DNA of 55,266 bases from a virus (Duplodnaviria; Caudoviricetes): positions 1-55,266 of the IMG/VR virus record IMGVR_UViG_3300047560_002167, one strand, 5' to 3'. A program made the translations under genes and the position numbers. The notes under the pieces are model-generated. The model saw only the letters and a list, made by a program, of their open reading frames with translations, was not told the origin of the DNA and ran no database searches. This document shows, piece by piece, positions 21,401 to 29,939 of the stretch; position 1 is the stretch's first letter, and each line of letters opens with the position of its first letter.

Positions 21401-24400
21401 CGGTAGTTGGATTAATGTTGATGTTGGGTTCAATCATACAATTGCAATTACAACGGATAACACGTTATTTACTTGGGGTAATAATCAATTATATCAGTTA
21501 GGTGACACAACTACTATCAATAGAAGTTCACCCACACAAATTGCAGGTAGTTGGAGCATAGTTAAAGCAGGGGCATCAACGTCGGCAGCAATTGATACTA
21601 CGAATAAGTTGTACACCTGGGGTAATAATGCTAGCGGACAATTGGGTGTAGCCCCTATGTCATGGACTATGGCACTAAATCAGGCTATGGTGCGTTCTAA
21701 CGGTGTTGTGTATATTTGGGGTCAAAACGCATACGGTGAAGTTGGTGATGGTACTACTATACAGAGAAGTAGTCCTATTCAACTAGGATCTACAAGCTGG
21801 ACTGTAATTTCTAAAACTGGATATGTTGTAATGGGTATAAAACCTGATTACACATTGTGGGCATGGGGTATAAACAACCTTGGATCATTGGGTGACGGTA
21901 CTACTATCAGTAGAAGCAGCCCAGTTCAAATCGGCATTGATAAGAGTTGGATGAATATTTTTGTAGGTCAAAATCGTAGCTATGCAAAAGATTCAACTGG
22001 AATAATATGGGCCGCGGGCTCTAATGACGCCGGCCAACTAGGCGATGGCACTACAATTGATAGAAGTAGTCCAGTACAAATTAATGCGACCTCTGGATCT
22101 TGGAGTGTTATCTCAGCAGGTGTATCACATACATTAGCACTTGATAGTTTAGGCCAGTTATATGGTTGGGGTAGAAACGTTGAAGGTCAAATCAACAATT
22201 CACCATTAACATTTGCACAGATCGGTAACGGTGTAGCATTACGAGCAGATAATCAACTATGGGTATGGGGTAATAACGGAGGCGGCGCACTAGGTGATGG
22301 CGCAACTGCTAATAGAAGCTCGCCTGTGCAAATTGCAGGATTATGGAAATCTGCACAGTTACGTGGCGCCGCAGCAACTTATCCGGCAGGTAACGGTATC
22401 AGAACTGACGGTACATTGTGGGGTTGGGGTACTAATACATACGGTGGTATCGGAGACAATTCTACAATCAGTAGAAGCAGCCCAGTACAGATCGGCACTG
22501 ATACTAATTGGTTAAGAGTATTTGGTATAGATGACGCTAACTTTGCAATTAAGACAGATTACACCTTATGGGCATGGGGAAACAACAACGCAGGTCAATT
22601 AGCACAAAGTGATACGGTCAATCGTTCAAGTCCAGTACAGATTGCAGGCAGCTGGTCACTTATCTCAGCTAACGGTGGCACTGCATTCGGTATACAAACT
22701 GACGGTACATTATGGGCTTGGGGAGTAAACGCATATGGTGAATTGGGCCAGAATGATAGAGTATACAGAAGTAGCCCAGTACAAGTAGGAACACGTAGCT
22801 GGACGTCAGTTAGTGTAACTTATAATTTAGTAGCTGCTATTAGAAACGACGGCGGATTATTCACATGGGGTCATCCTACAAACGGCTCTATGGGTGATAC
22901 TACAACAATTGATAGAAGTAGTCCAGTTCAACTAGGAACAAGCAGCTGGACACAAGTTGCAACAACACACGGCGGTGTAGCAGCAATTAGATTAGACGGT
23001 GGTGTATTTACATGGGGCTCAGTAACAGGTGTACCAAGTACACTAAGAAGCAGTCCTGTTCAACTAGGAACAAGTAGCTGGACACAAGTGACTAGTGGAT
23101 ACTTTACTATTCATGGGGTGACATCTGATAATAGATTCTTTACATGGTCTACTCAAGGTTATCCACAGGGTGATAACACCACTGTTGCAAAGAGTTCTCC
23201 TGTATTAACTGTAGCTACACAAACTAACTTATCAGCAGTCTTAGTACCAGCGTATTCTATACCTACTCAAATTGGTAATCGCAGTTGGTCATTGATAGCA
23301 GCTGGGTGGCAGCACAGCATCGGGGTAACTACAGATAATACATTGTGGGGTTGGGGTTTAAATACGTATGGTCAAGTAGGTGATACTTCAACTGCAAACC
23401 GCAGCAGTCCTGTACAAGTATCAATTGCAAGTGGATATAGTTGGGCACAGATATCAGCAAACCAATCTGCAACAGCGGCACTAACAACAACTGGAGCATT
23501 ATGGACCTGGGGTATTAACAATGCAGGTCAACTAGGTTTGAACATTGCGAACACTGTGAACAGAAGTTCTCCAGTCCAAGTGGGTACAAGTAGCTGGATT
23601 AGTATATCTACTTCCACAAACAACATGTATGCAGTTGATTTAGCCTATAGACTGTTTACATGGGGTAACGGCGCATTTGGAGCGTTAGGTGATAATCAAA
23701 CAGTATCACGTTCTTCACCTGCATTAGTTGGCACAAACCTTGAAACGTTAATAGTATCACCTGTACAAGTTGGTAATAGTAGCTGGAGTATGTTAGCTGC
23801 TACTGGATACATGATGGCTGGTGTTACATCACCTCCTGCAATATTATATGCATGGGGTGTTAATACATACGGTCAATTAGGTATGGCCGATGCTGTTACT
23901 AGAAGTAGCCCAGTGCAAGTTATTGCAGGTCCGGTAATTCCAAACAGAAGCAGTCCGGTGCAGATAGCATCCGGTAGCTGGAGTCAAGTGACTGCAGGTA
24001 ATAGCTTTAGTGGTGCTATTCGTAGTGATGGTATGTTATTCATGTGGGGTATCAATTCATCAGGACAAATAGGTGATGGTACTACATTGAATAGAAGTTA
24101 TCCTGTTCAAATCAGCACAAGCAGTTGGGTTGAAGTTGGTTCAGGTACATCACATGCTATTGCTACTATGGCTAACAATAGTGTTTGGACATGGGGTAAC
24201 AATCAATATGGACAATTAGGTCAAAATGATAATGCTAACAGAAGTAACCCTATACAAGTAACATCTAGTTCATTCTCTCAAATTTCTTCTGGTGCAAACC
24301 ATGTTGTAGGTTTAATTGGTAATGCTATTTACGGATGGGGCGACAATTCGTTTGGTCAATTAGGAAGATCATTGTCTCCTGTAATCTGGGATACAGTGAT

Positions 24401-27400
24401 AATGGGACAAACAAGTTATGGTTTAAAGAACGGTAACTTATATGCATGGGGTTATGCTGCTGTAGCTGCAACATATGCAGGTTATGGTGACGGTACTACG
24501 GTCAATAAGAGTAGTCCGGTGCAGATAGGTACCAGTGCAGACAAATATACTTTACTAGCAAGTAATCTAGGTGCAGCACACATAGTTGCAGTAAAACCCG
24601 ATAATACTATTTGGGCATGGGGTATAAACTCAAACGGGCAATTAGGTGATGGTACAGTTGTTACACGATCAAGTCCTGTACAGATATTAGCTAAAGCACC
24701 AGGTGTTAGCAAGCTAGTACTCGGTGCCGCATATACTTTAATGCTTACAACCGGTGGAACATTATTTGGTTGGGGACTAAACACTAACGGTCAGTTAGGT
24801 CAAAATGATACTGTTGCTAGAAGCAGTCCTGTACAAATCGCAACCAATGTTATAGATATAGCAGCATGTAACTTAGCCGCAGCATATATTCGCAACGATA
24901 ATACATTATGGACATGGGGAGGTAACAGCGACGGCGGCCTTGCAGTCAACGATTTAGTATTCAGAAGCAGTCCAGTTCAAGTTGCTGGAAACTGGAAACG
25001 TGTAGTGGGTGCCGCAACAAACTTTGCGTTCTTACGCAATGACAATACTTTATGGACTGCCGGTGTTAACGCATCAGGGCAACTAGGTGATAACACTACT
25101 ATTAACAGAAGCACCCCAACTCAAATTGCCACTGGTGGTATGTGGCAAGATGTTGTTGCATCACATAACGGTCCTGCATTCATGGCAAAGGCACAAGATA
25201 ATTCTATATGGGTATGGGGAACTAACACTGTTAACGGTATACTAGGAGTAGGTGATACTCTTAATAGAAGTGCGCCAACACAAATTTTCTCTAAAGATGT
25301 TAATGCATCTTTCTTCCCGCAAAGTAGCATTTATTTCAGTTTAAAAATTAATAACTTATTATACGCTTGGGGACTAAATAACGTAGGACAATTGGGTATG
25401 GGTAACATTGTAGCCAGATCGGCTCCAATGCAAGTTGGCATCGCAACAGATACACAACAAAAATCAATAACGTTATTAGATAACAATAACTATACAAAAG
25501 TTAGCGCCGGCGCCCAACATACTGTTGCATTGCGTAGTAATGGCACTGCATGGGTGTTTGGTCAAAACACGTTTGGACAACTAGGGCAAGTCACAGATAC
25601 TATTAGTCGCAGTAGTCCTACACAAATAAATGCAGGACAATCATATAGTACTGTGTTTGGATTAGGATCGCAGACTCGTCTAGCTAGTGATAGTGCTACG
25701 TTTGTTGCAGGTAACAACGCTGCTGGACGTGGTGAACTAGGTACAGGTGATACTGTTGCTAGAAGCAGTCCGGTACAATTATCTGCCGGCACATCTGTAG
25801 GCGCTGGTGATAACACGTATGTTCTTCCTTTAAGAGTAGGTTTAAGTTCATGGTCACAAGTTAGTGGTGGTTACTCACATACCATTGCTATTCGCACAGA
25901 TAGTACACTGTGGGCCTGGGGATATAACGTAGGAGGTCCATTAGGACAAGGTACGACTGTTTCAAGAAGCTCACCTGTGCAAATCGGAACTAGTTCATGG
26001 GCATCTGTTTCTGCCGGAAACAGTTTCAACACTGCTATCAGAATTGATAACACATTATGGACATGGGGCTTGAATACTAGTGGACAACTAGGTGATAATA
26101 CAACATCAAGTAGAAGTAGCCCAGTGCAACTCGCTGGTCTATGGATAGATTCAGAAGCAGGTAATACATTTGCTGGTGCAATCGCAATTAATAATACTGT
26201 ATGGACTTGGGGAGCTAATGGATCAGGTGTTCTAGGCAACACTTCTTTAATCGCAAGAAGCAGCCCTGTACAAGTTGGTACTGATACGTTTAAAGTATTG
26301 TCACTGACAGAAAACTCTGTAAGTGCAATTGATTCATATAGTAATTTAGAAACATGGGGCGACAACTTATATGGTCAACTTGGTAATAATGGTAGTTACT
26401 ATAGCTGGAGTATTCTAAGTGGTGCCGGAAACTACTTCACTGCGATTCGTAGTGATGGTACTTTATGGACATGGGGCGAAAATACATACGGACAGTTAGG
26501 TAACAATACAACTAACTCTAGAAGCAGCCCAACACAAATAGGTACAAGTAGCTGGACTAATGTTAGAGCCGGTAACTCACATGTTGTTGCAATTAGAGCA
26601 GATGGCACTAACTGGACATGGGGATTCAATACTAGTGGACAGGTCGGTGATGGTACTTCTATTAATAGAAGCAGCCCAGTGCAAATTTCTACTTCGTTCA
26701 CTGATATTGCTGCCGGCGACACACATACATTAGCAATAACAAGTGATGGTACTCTATATGCATGGGGAAATAATAGTTCACTTCAATTAGGTATATACGA
26801 TGCATTCTCTCGTAGTAGTCCTACTCAAGTTCCAACTAGTGTTAAGTTTAAATCGTTAAGCGCCGGCACATCACATAGTTTAGCTATTGCAACTGATGAT
26901 ACGTTATATGGCTGGGGCTCTAACTTATATGGACAAGTAGGTAAATCTACTGCAACATTTACTGTTTCAGGTACAGCTACTACAATGAATGCACCTGGAT
27001 TTATAACATCACAGGGTAAGTTGTATGCTTGGGGTATTAATAATAATGGTCAACTAGGTGATAACACTACTATCAATAAACTTAGTCCAGTGCAAATAGG
27101 AGCATTAACTACTTGGAGTAAAATAATACCAACCTTCAGTAACAATAATACTTTTGGTTTCTTCAAGACAGATAATACACTATGGGTGTCTGGTAATAAC
27201 AGTAACGGTCAGCTTGGACAGACTGATACTATTACTAGAAGTAGCCCTGTTCAATTGTCAGCAGGCGCTGGTAGAAGTTGGACATCGTTTGTCTTTGGTA
27301 CTAGTTTTGGTATAGGAATAAAAGATGACGGTTCGTTATGGACTGTGGGTGATAATGTCGCCGGCCAATTAGGTGACGGTACGTTGGTTAACAGAAGTAG

Positions 27401-29939
27401 TCCAGTACAAATAGGTACAAGTAGTTGGAGTCAAGTCTCTGCTGGTAATGGCGTTGCTGGTGCACTTATGGCTGACGGTACACTATGGACATGGGGTAGT
27501 GGAAACTTAGGTGGACTAGCAGGAGGTACTACTGTATATCGTTCATCGCCGGCACAGATAGGTACTGGATATGCGTCAGTGTATATTACTGACCAAGGCG
27601 GACACGCAATCACTACATTAGGGCAATTGGTAGTTTGGGGCTGGAACGCAAGTGGTAACTTGGGTGATAGTACTACTGTTAACAAGTCAGGATTAACAAC
27701 AATTGCAGGAAGTTGGACTCAAGTTGCGAGTAATGGTTTTTATTCTCGTGCTGGTATAAGAAGTGATGGTACACTATGGACATGGGGTGAAAACAGTAAC
27801 GGTCAATTGGGAACGGGAGACACCGTATCTAGAAGTAGTCCGGTGCAAATTTCTGGAGGAGGCAGCTGGACATTAGTTACGAATATAGCCAGTGGTAGTT
27901 ATGCCGCCCGCAAGATAGATGGTTCAATATGGTCATGGGGCGGCAATCCCGGAGATAATACTAATAACAGAAGTAGTCCAGTTCAAATATATGCATCAGC
28001 AATGACACCGCAAGTATTCAATGAGCCTACTCAAGTTAGTACAAGTACTTGGAACGTGATAAGCGCCGGCGCCTTGTTTAGTACAGCAATCAGAAGTGAT
28101 AATAAGTTATTCTCTTGGGGAAATAACAACCTAGGACAATTAGGAGTATCATACTCATATAACCAAATTGCGGCAACTAGTATATATGGTACAACTATTC
28201 TAACACAAAACAACCAGATTTGGCAAACAGGTTATAACCTAAACGGTGGATTAGGTGATAACACTATTCTAAGTAGAAGTAGTCCAGTTCAAGTCGGCGT
28301 GTTTGGCGGAATAGCCGGGACCAATAGATATACTCAAGTTGCTTCTGGTTATTATGGAACTATAGCAATAAAAGATGATAGCACACTGTGGTCCTGGGGA
28401 TATAACACAGATGGGTCAGTCGGAGATGGAACTACTATCGCTAGATCAAGTCCAGTTCAAATATCAACCGGCTCATGGCAATTTATATCAACGACAACTG
28501 ATACTGGAGCTACGTCAAGAACATCATATGCTATTCGTGATAATGGTACTCTATGGTTATGGGGAAGCAATAGTTCAGGTCAGTTAGGTGATGGTACTTC
28601 TAACAATAGAAGTAGTCCAGTACAGCTCGGGCTAGACACATGGCGATTTGTTACTGGTTCATTGTTAACTACTGCCGCTATTCGCACTGACTACACACTA
28701 TGGATGTGGGGTAATAACACTAGTGGTAAATTAGGTGACAGTACTACTGTAGCTAAGAATAGTCCTATACAAGTCGCCGGCAGTTGGAGTCAAGTTAGTA
28801 TCGGTGGATATGCAAGTCACGTTGTTGCTTTGGATATGTCAGGTAGACTGTTCACTTGGGGATTCGGTGCAGCCGGACAATTAGGAAGCGGTACTGCTGC
28901 ATCCAGAAGCAGCCCATTGCAGGTTGGTACTCTGTCATATATCTCTGTTGCAGCCGGTACTAGTATGACTGCTGCTATTGATTTTTCTAACAGATTATAT
29001 GTGTGGGGTGCAGGCACTGCCGGCAACTTGGGTGATGGAACAACAGTGGGTAAGTCAAGTCCTATTCAAATCGCTGCGGATAAACAGTGGTTAAGTGTTG
29101 TTATAGGTGGAGATAGAGTTACTGCTATAACAACTGATAAACAAATTTGGATGTGGGGATCCAACGTTTACGGTGCTTTTGGTGATAACACTACAACTTA
29201 TAGAAGTAGCCCAGTACAAATTTCTGCGTTTACACCTAACTATCCACTAAGCTCACCTACACAAGTTGGTACTAGTAATTGGAGTGATATAACTGCAGGT
29301 AGTGACTTTACTGCTGCGATAAGAACAAACGGTTCGTTGTATGCATGGGGTAATAATGCATCTGGTCCATTAATGGCCGGAACTACTAACTCTAGAAGCA
29401 GTCCAGTTCAAGTAGGTGGCAATTTATCTTATGTACATGTGTCATCTGGATACTCAACGTTGTTAGTAGTTAACACAAATGATCCACTACAAGGTAACAA
29501 GTTGATAGCTAGTGGTGCTGGCACTGCAGGACAATTAGGAGATAATACAATAGTAAGTAAGAACTTACCGACAGCAGTATTGTTTAGTATCGCGGATAAT
29601 AAGAGTAATCCAACTCAAATTACATCCGACGATTATACTGGATATTATCAAAGTAGTCCAGTTCAAGTGGGAAGTGAAAGCTGGAACTTAGTTTCAGCGG
29701 GTGAAAATCACAGTTTAGGCATCAAATCCTCAGGTTTATTATTCGCATGGGGTTACAATCAAAATGGTCAAGTCGGTGATTCTACTACGATAAATAAGAG
29801 TAGTCCTGTACAAATAAGTACTGCAACAACATGGGTTGAAGCGGAAGCAGGATACAATCATAACGCAGTAGAAAAATCTGATGGTAGCGCATATACATTT
29901 GGTAACAACAACGATGGTCAACTTGGGGATGGTACATGA
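15474..29939 (+). CDS. Giant RCC1/BLIP-II beta-propeller repeat protein A (4821 aa; 91 blades plus one root strand; one LamG insert)
   Basis: Uninterrupted 14.5-kb ORF of ~50-aa repeats SWxxVSAGxxHxxAIxxDGTLWxWGxNxxGQLGDxTTxxRSSPVQIG, matching the RCC1 consensus. It ends mid-repeat at GQLGDGT. Confidence 0.93.
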   Translation: MSSLALRLLAAQQFAQGPNTTLYMWGNNSYGQLGVSSVNSYYSWSQLSSGASHSVAIRSDGSLFAWGNNTSGQLGDATTISRNSPVQIGVSSWSQVAAGAFHTIGIKVDGTLWGWGNNTYNQLNNYLLPNSSYPILISSDSWSQISAGGIHNSAIKLDGSLWTWGGNTSGQLGVNNAFTKFSLGTGHYAAIRADGTLWTGGTNASGQLGDGTTVAKLITDIPSVQIPGSWTNVMASSDLTFALRGDGTLWSWGANGFGQLGLGDTISRSAPIQISGQSNIVEIGTAIHDTAGMTTFWRDSAYRVFGAGYNTLGSLGDGTLSSRSSPVQVAFPPTQAGLGAGIGVGSSILTNGTLWVWGTNNYGQLGNNTTVNQSSPIQLGTDKWLAIAGNDGGLYGIKDNYTLWSWGNNIYGQLGDGTTISRSSPVQIAGSWSQIIGGYGSTYALDMNNTLWSWGRNDLGQLGQNTTINRSSPIQVSTNQWKQLESETYHVIGLRSDNAIFTWGQNHVGQLGLSDTVNRSSPTQVGTSSWSQIASNGTGTFAITVDNKLFTWGDGSQGDLGSTATVSRSSPVQVGTSSWTQIAAGGRTVIATRLDYTLWAWGFNLNGEVGDNTVIFRSSPVQISTSSWITIQSSGGTSFAARLDGTLWAWGGNTTGQIGDTSTLNRSSPVQVSIGSVFKGMKYLGGGSRASGALDFGNKLWTWGIGTSGSRGDGTTSNRAIAVLTMQDKLWNTVNFGWNSGRGIDSNYKLWSWGLNTQGQVGDGTTIDRSSPVQIGTMSWSTVAASSSLPSVVGATVDNTLWGWGTNQYNVLGLGEATTIARSSPVQIGNLGPVDFLKTTTSELSVAQTNGIFYALGGLKASTALGISTPTILPNFNLPYQRLSKVNNSSYSFVSAGKAHTTAITVDNKLFTWGDNSQGKLGDSTFVTRSSPVQIAGDWNKVSAGGSHTLAIDSQYTLYSFGSNYSGQLGTNTGNSTPTWVKLHDGANHTLAIKSDSTLWVWGKNDAGQLGDGTVINRSSPVQIDGSWNSVSAGQRHTLAIKTDGSLFAWGFNVTGQLGLNYNAPRLKWKSLAAGTFAVAIAPDDTLWTWGLGTAGQLADSTIISRSYPIQIGIENTWDQISIGYTHAIAKKKDGTVWTWGSNAHGELGDNTIAPKSSPVQVPGLSNVLSVAAGGSHTAVITSDNRLFMWGNNINGALGDNSTSYRSSPVQLGTTGIASVYLQLYTTHFLTTDNRLFAMGNNTSGQLGDSTTSSRSSPVQVGGSWNNIASVYNSIYGIKTDSTLWSWGDNTSGRLAHGNTNNLQSSPVQIGTSSWSQVSAFGTTMLAKRIDNTLWVAGSNIGDGTTFGRSTPVQLTGYSAGNLSIVQPSQVVDISGFADQNNNIYVWGNNNTSGVHGDGTTIAKYIPTPVLQFANVSSPTQVTTGSWSQVAAGAYHSLAIKSDGGLYGWGLNDRGQIGAGIVSVINWTKIVGDLTQTYGIRSDGTLWGWGNNAAGQLGQTNVTNRSSPVQIGLGTFSDVASGDAHVLAVTTDGKLLGWGKNDYGQAGALSWAQISASQDPAPFMFAIRSDGALFSWGRNNFGQLGDSTTTDRSSPVVLDTNSWSQVSAGVNHVLAKRNDGLLFAWGLNNAGQLGDFSTVARSSPIQIGNAYPSLSFNGSNEYYTVAPNTTLAFGAVDWTIEMWVFLKGYAATSTTLYDTRPAGTGSTATYQLINISSTGFIGYSSGAVVSDGIAIVPLNQWNHIAVSRQGSSTRLFLNGVQVGTTITDSVSYIVGASRPIIGSDGNVPNSAGYNFNGLMSNIRIVKGVAVYTGNFTVPTSPLEATQSAGTNISAITAGQTSLLTGQGLFDRSGNNLTISPFGTATAAPVTPFASVDKLVGRNVLQLSAGDSTSMAIGSDNTLWVWGLNASGQLGQNNTVNRSSPVQVTGSWSSVTAYSSHAAAITTDNRLFTWGLNTSGQLGVNDVVTRSSPVQVDGSWINVDVGFNHTIAITTDNTLFTWGNNQLYQLGDTTTINRSSPTQIAGSWSIVKAGASTSAAIDTTNKLYTWGNNASGQLGVAPMSWTMALNQAMVRSNGVVYIWGQNAYGEVGDGTTIQRSSPIQLGSTSWTVISKTGYVVMGIKPDYTLWAWGINNLGSLGDGTTISRSSPVQIGIDKSWMNIFVGQNRSYAKDSTGIIWAAGSNDAGQLGDGTTIDRSSPVQINATSGSWSVISAGVSHTLALDSLGQLYGWGRNVEGQINNSPLTFAQIGNGVALRADNQLWVWGNNGGGALGDGATANRSSPVQIAGLWKSAQLRGAAATYPAGNGIRTDGTLWGWGTNTYGGIGDNSTISRSSPVQIGTDTNWLRVFGIDDANFAIKTDYTLWAWGNNNAGQLAQSDTVNRSSPVQIAGSWSLISANGGTAFGIQTDGTLWAWGVNAYGELGQNDRVYRSSPVQVGTRSWTSVSVTYNLVAAIRNDGGLFTWGHPTNGSMGDTTTIDRSSPVQLGTSSWTQVATTHGGVAAIRLDGGVFTWGSVTGVPSTLRSSPVQLGTSSWTQVTSGYFTIHGVTSDNRFFTWSTQGYPQGDNTTVAKSSPVLTVATQTNLSAVLVPAYSIPTQIGNRSWSLIAAGWQHSIGVTTDNTLWGWGLNTYGQVGDTSTANRSSPVQVSIASGYSWAQISANQSATAALTTTGALWTWGINNAGQLGLNIANTVNRSSPVQVGTSSWISISTSTNNMYAVDLAYRLFTWGNGAFGALGDNQTVSRSSPALVGTNLETLIVSPVQVGNSSWSMLAATGYMMAGVTSPPAILYAWGVNTYGQLGMADAVTRSSPVQVIAGPVIPNRSSPVQIASGSWSQVTAGNSFSGAIRSDGMLFMWGINSSGQIGDGTTLNRSYPVQISTSSWVEVGSGTSHAIATMANNSVWTWGNNQYGQLGQNDNANRSNPIQVTSSSFSQISSGANHVVGLIGNAIYGWGDNSFGQLGRSLSPVIWDTVIMGQTSYGLKNGNLYAWGYAAVAATYAGYGDGTTVNKSSPVQIGTSADKYTLLASNLGAAHIVAVKPDNTIWAWGINSNGQLGDGTVVTRSSPVQILAKAPGVSKLVLGAAYTLMLTTGGTLFGWGLNTNGQLGQNDTVARSSPVQIATNVIDIAACNLAAAYIRNDNTLWTWGGNSDGGLAVNDLVFRSSPVQVAGNWKRVVGAATNFAFLRNDNTLWTAGVNASGQLGDNTTINRSTPTQIATGGMWQDVVASHNGPAFMAKAQDNSIWVWGTNTVNGILGVGDTLNRSAPTQIFSKDVNASFFPQSSIYFSLKINNLLYAWGLNNVGQLGMGNIVARSAPMQVGIATDTQQKSITLLDNNNYTKVSAGAQHTVALRSNGTAWVFGQNTFGQLGQVTDTISRSSPTQINAGQSYSTVFGLGSQTRLASDSATFVAGNNAAGRGELGTGDTVARSSPVQLSAGTSVGAGDNTYVLPLRVGLSSWSQVSGGYSHTIAIRTDSTLWAWGYNVGGPLGQGTTVSRSSPVQIGTSSWASVSAGNSFNTAIRIDNTLWTWGLNTSGQLGDNTTSSRSSPVQLAGLWIDSEAGNTFAGAIAINNTVWTWGANGSGVLGNTSLIARSSPVQVGTDTFKVLSLTENSVSAIDSYSNLETWGDNLYGQLGNNGSYYSWSILSGAGNYFTAIRSDGTLWTWGENTYGQLGNNTTNSRSSPTQIGTSSWTNVRAGNSHVVAIRADGTNWTWGFNTSGQVGDGTSINRSSPVQISTSFTDIAAGDTHTLAITSDGTLYAWGNNSSLQLGIYDAFSRSSPTQVPTSVKFKSLSAGTSHSLAIATDDTLYGWGSNLYGQVGKSTATFTVSGTATTMNAPGFITSQGKLYAWGINNNGQLGDNTTINKLSPVQIGALTTWSKIIPTFSNNNTFGFFKTDNTLWVSGNNSNGQLGQTDTITRSSPVQLSAGAGRSWTSFVFGTSFGIGIKDDGSLWTVGDNVAGQLGDGTLVNRSSPVQIGTSSWSQVSAGNGVAGALMADGTLWTWGSGNLGGLAGGTTVYRSSPAQIGTGYASVYITDQGGHAITTLGQLVVWGWNASGNLGDSTTVNKSGLTTIAGSWTQVASNGFYSRAGIRSDGTLWTWGENSNGQLGTGDTVSRSSPVQISGGGSWTLVTNIASGSYAARKIDGSIWSWGGNPGDNTNNRSSPVQIYASAMTPQVFNEPTQVSTSTWNVISAGALFSTAIRSDNKLFSWGNNNLGQLGVSYSYNQIAATSIYGTTILTQNNQIWQTGYNLNGGLGDNTILSRSSPVQVGVFGGIAGTNRYTQVASGYYGTIAIKDDSTLWSWGYNTDGSVGDGTTIARSSPVQISTGSWQFISTTTDTGATSRTSYAIRDNGTLWLWGSNSSGQLGDGTSNNRSSPVQLGLDTWRFVTGSLLTTAAIRTDYTLWMWGNNTSGKLGDSTTVAKNSPIQVAGSWSQVSIGGYASHVVALDMSGRLFTWGFGAAGQLGSGTAASRSSPLQVGTLSYISVAAGTSMTAAIDFSNRLYVWGAGTAGNLGDGTTVGKSSPIQIAADKQWLSVVIGGDRVTAITTDKQIWMWGSNVYGAFGDNTTTYRSSPVQISAFTPNYPLSSPTQVGTSNWSDITAGSDFTAAIRTNGSLYAWGNNASGPLMAGTTNSRSSPVQVGGNLSYVHVSSGYSTLLVVNTNDPLQGNKLIASGAGTAGQLGDNTIVSKNLPTAVLFSIADNKSNPTQITSDDYTGYYQSSPVQVGSESWNLVSAGENHSLGIKSSGLLFAWGYNQNGQVGDSTTINKSSPVQISTATTWVEAEAGYNHNAVEKSDGSAYTFGNNNDGQLGDGT
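20427..21090 (+). other. LamG/ConA-like lectin domain inserted between RCC1 blades (protein A)
   Basis: SLSFNGSNEY...DWTIEMWVF...NQWNHIAVSR...FNGLMSNIRIVKGVAVYTGNFTVPT. Boundaries are approximate. Confidence 0.85.

Noticed and set aside
29906-29939. Canonical -1 programmed frameshift site at the A/B junction
   Set aside because: The -1 frame is open only from 29906 and has no X XXY YYZ heptamer. A shift at GGGG would replace the consensus DGT with GWY. Non-canonical shifting is not excluded.
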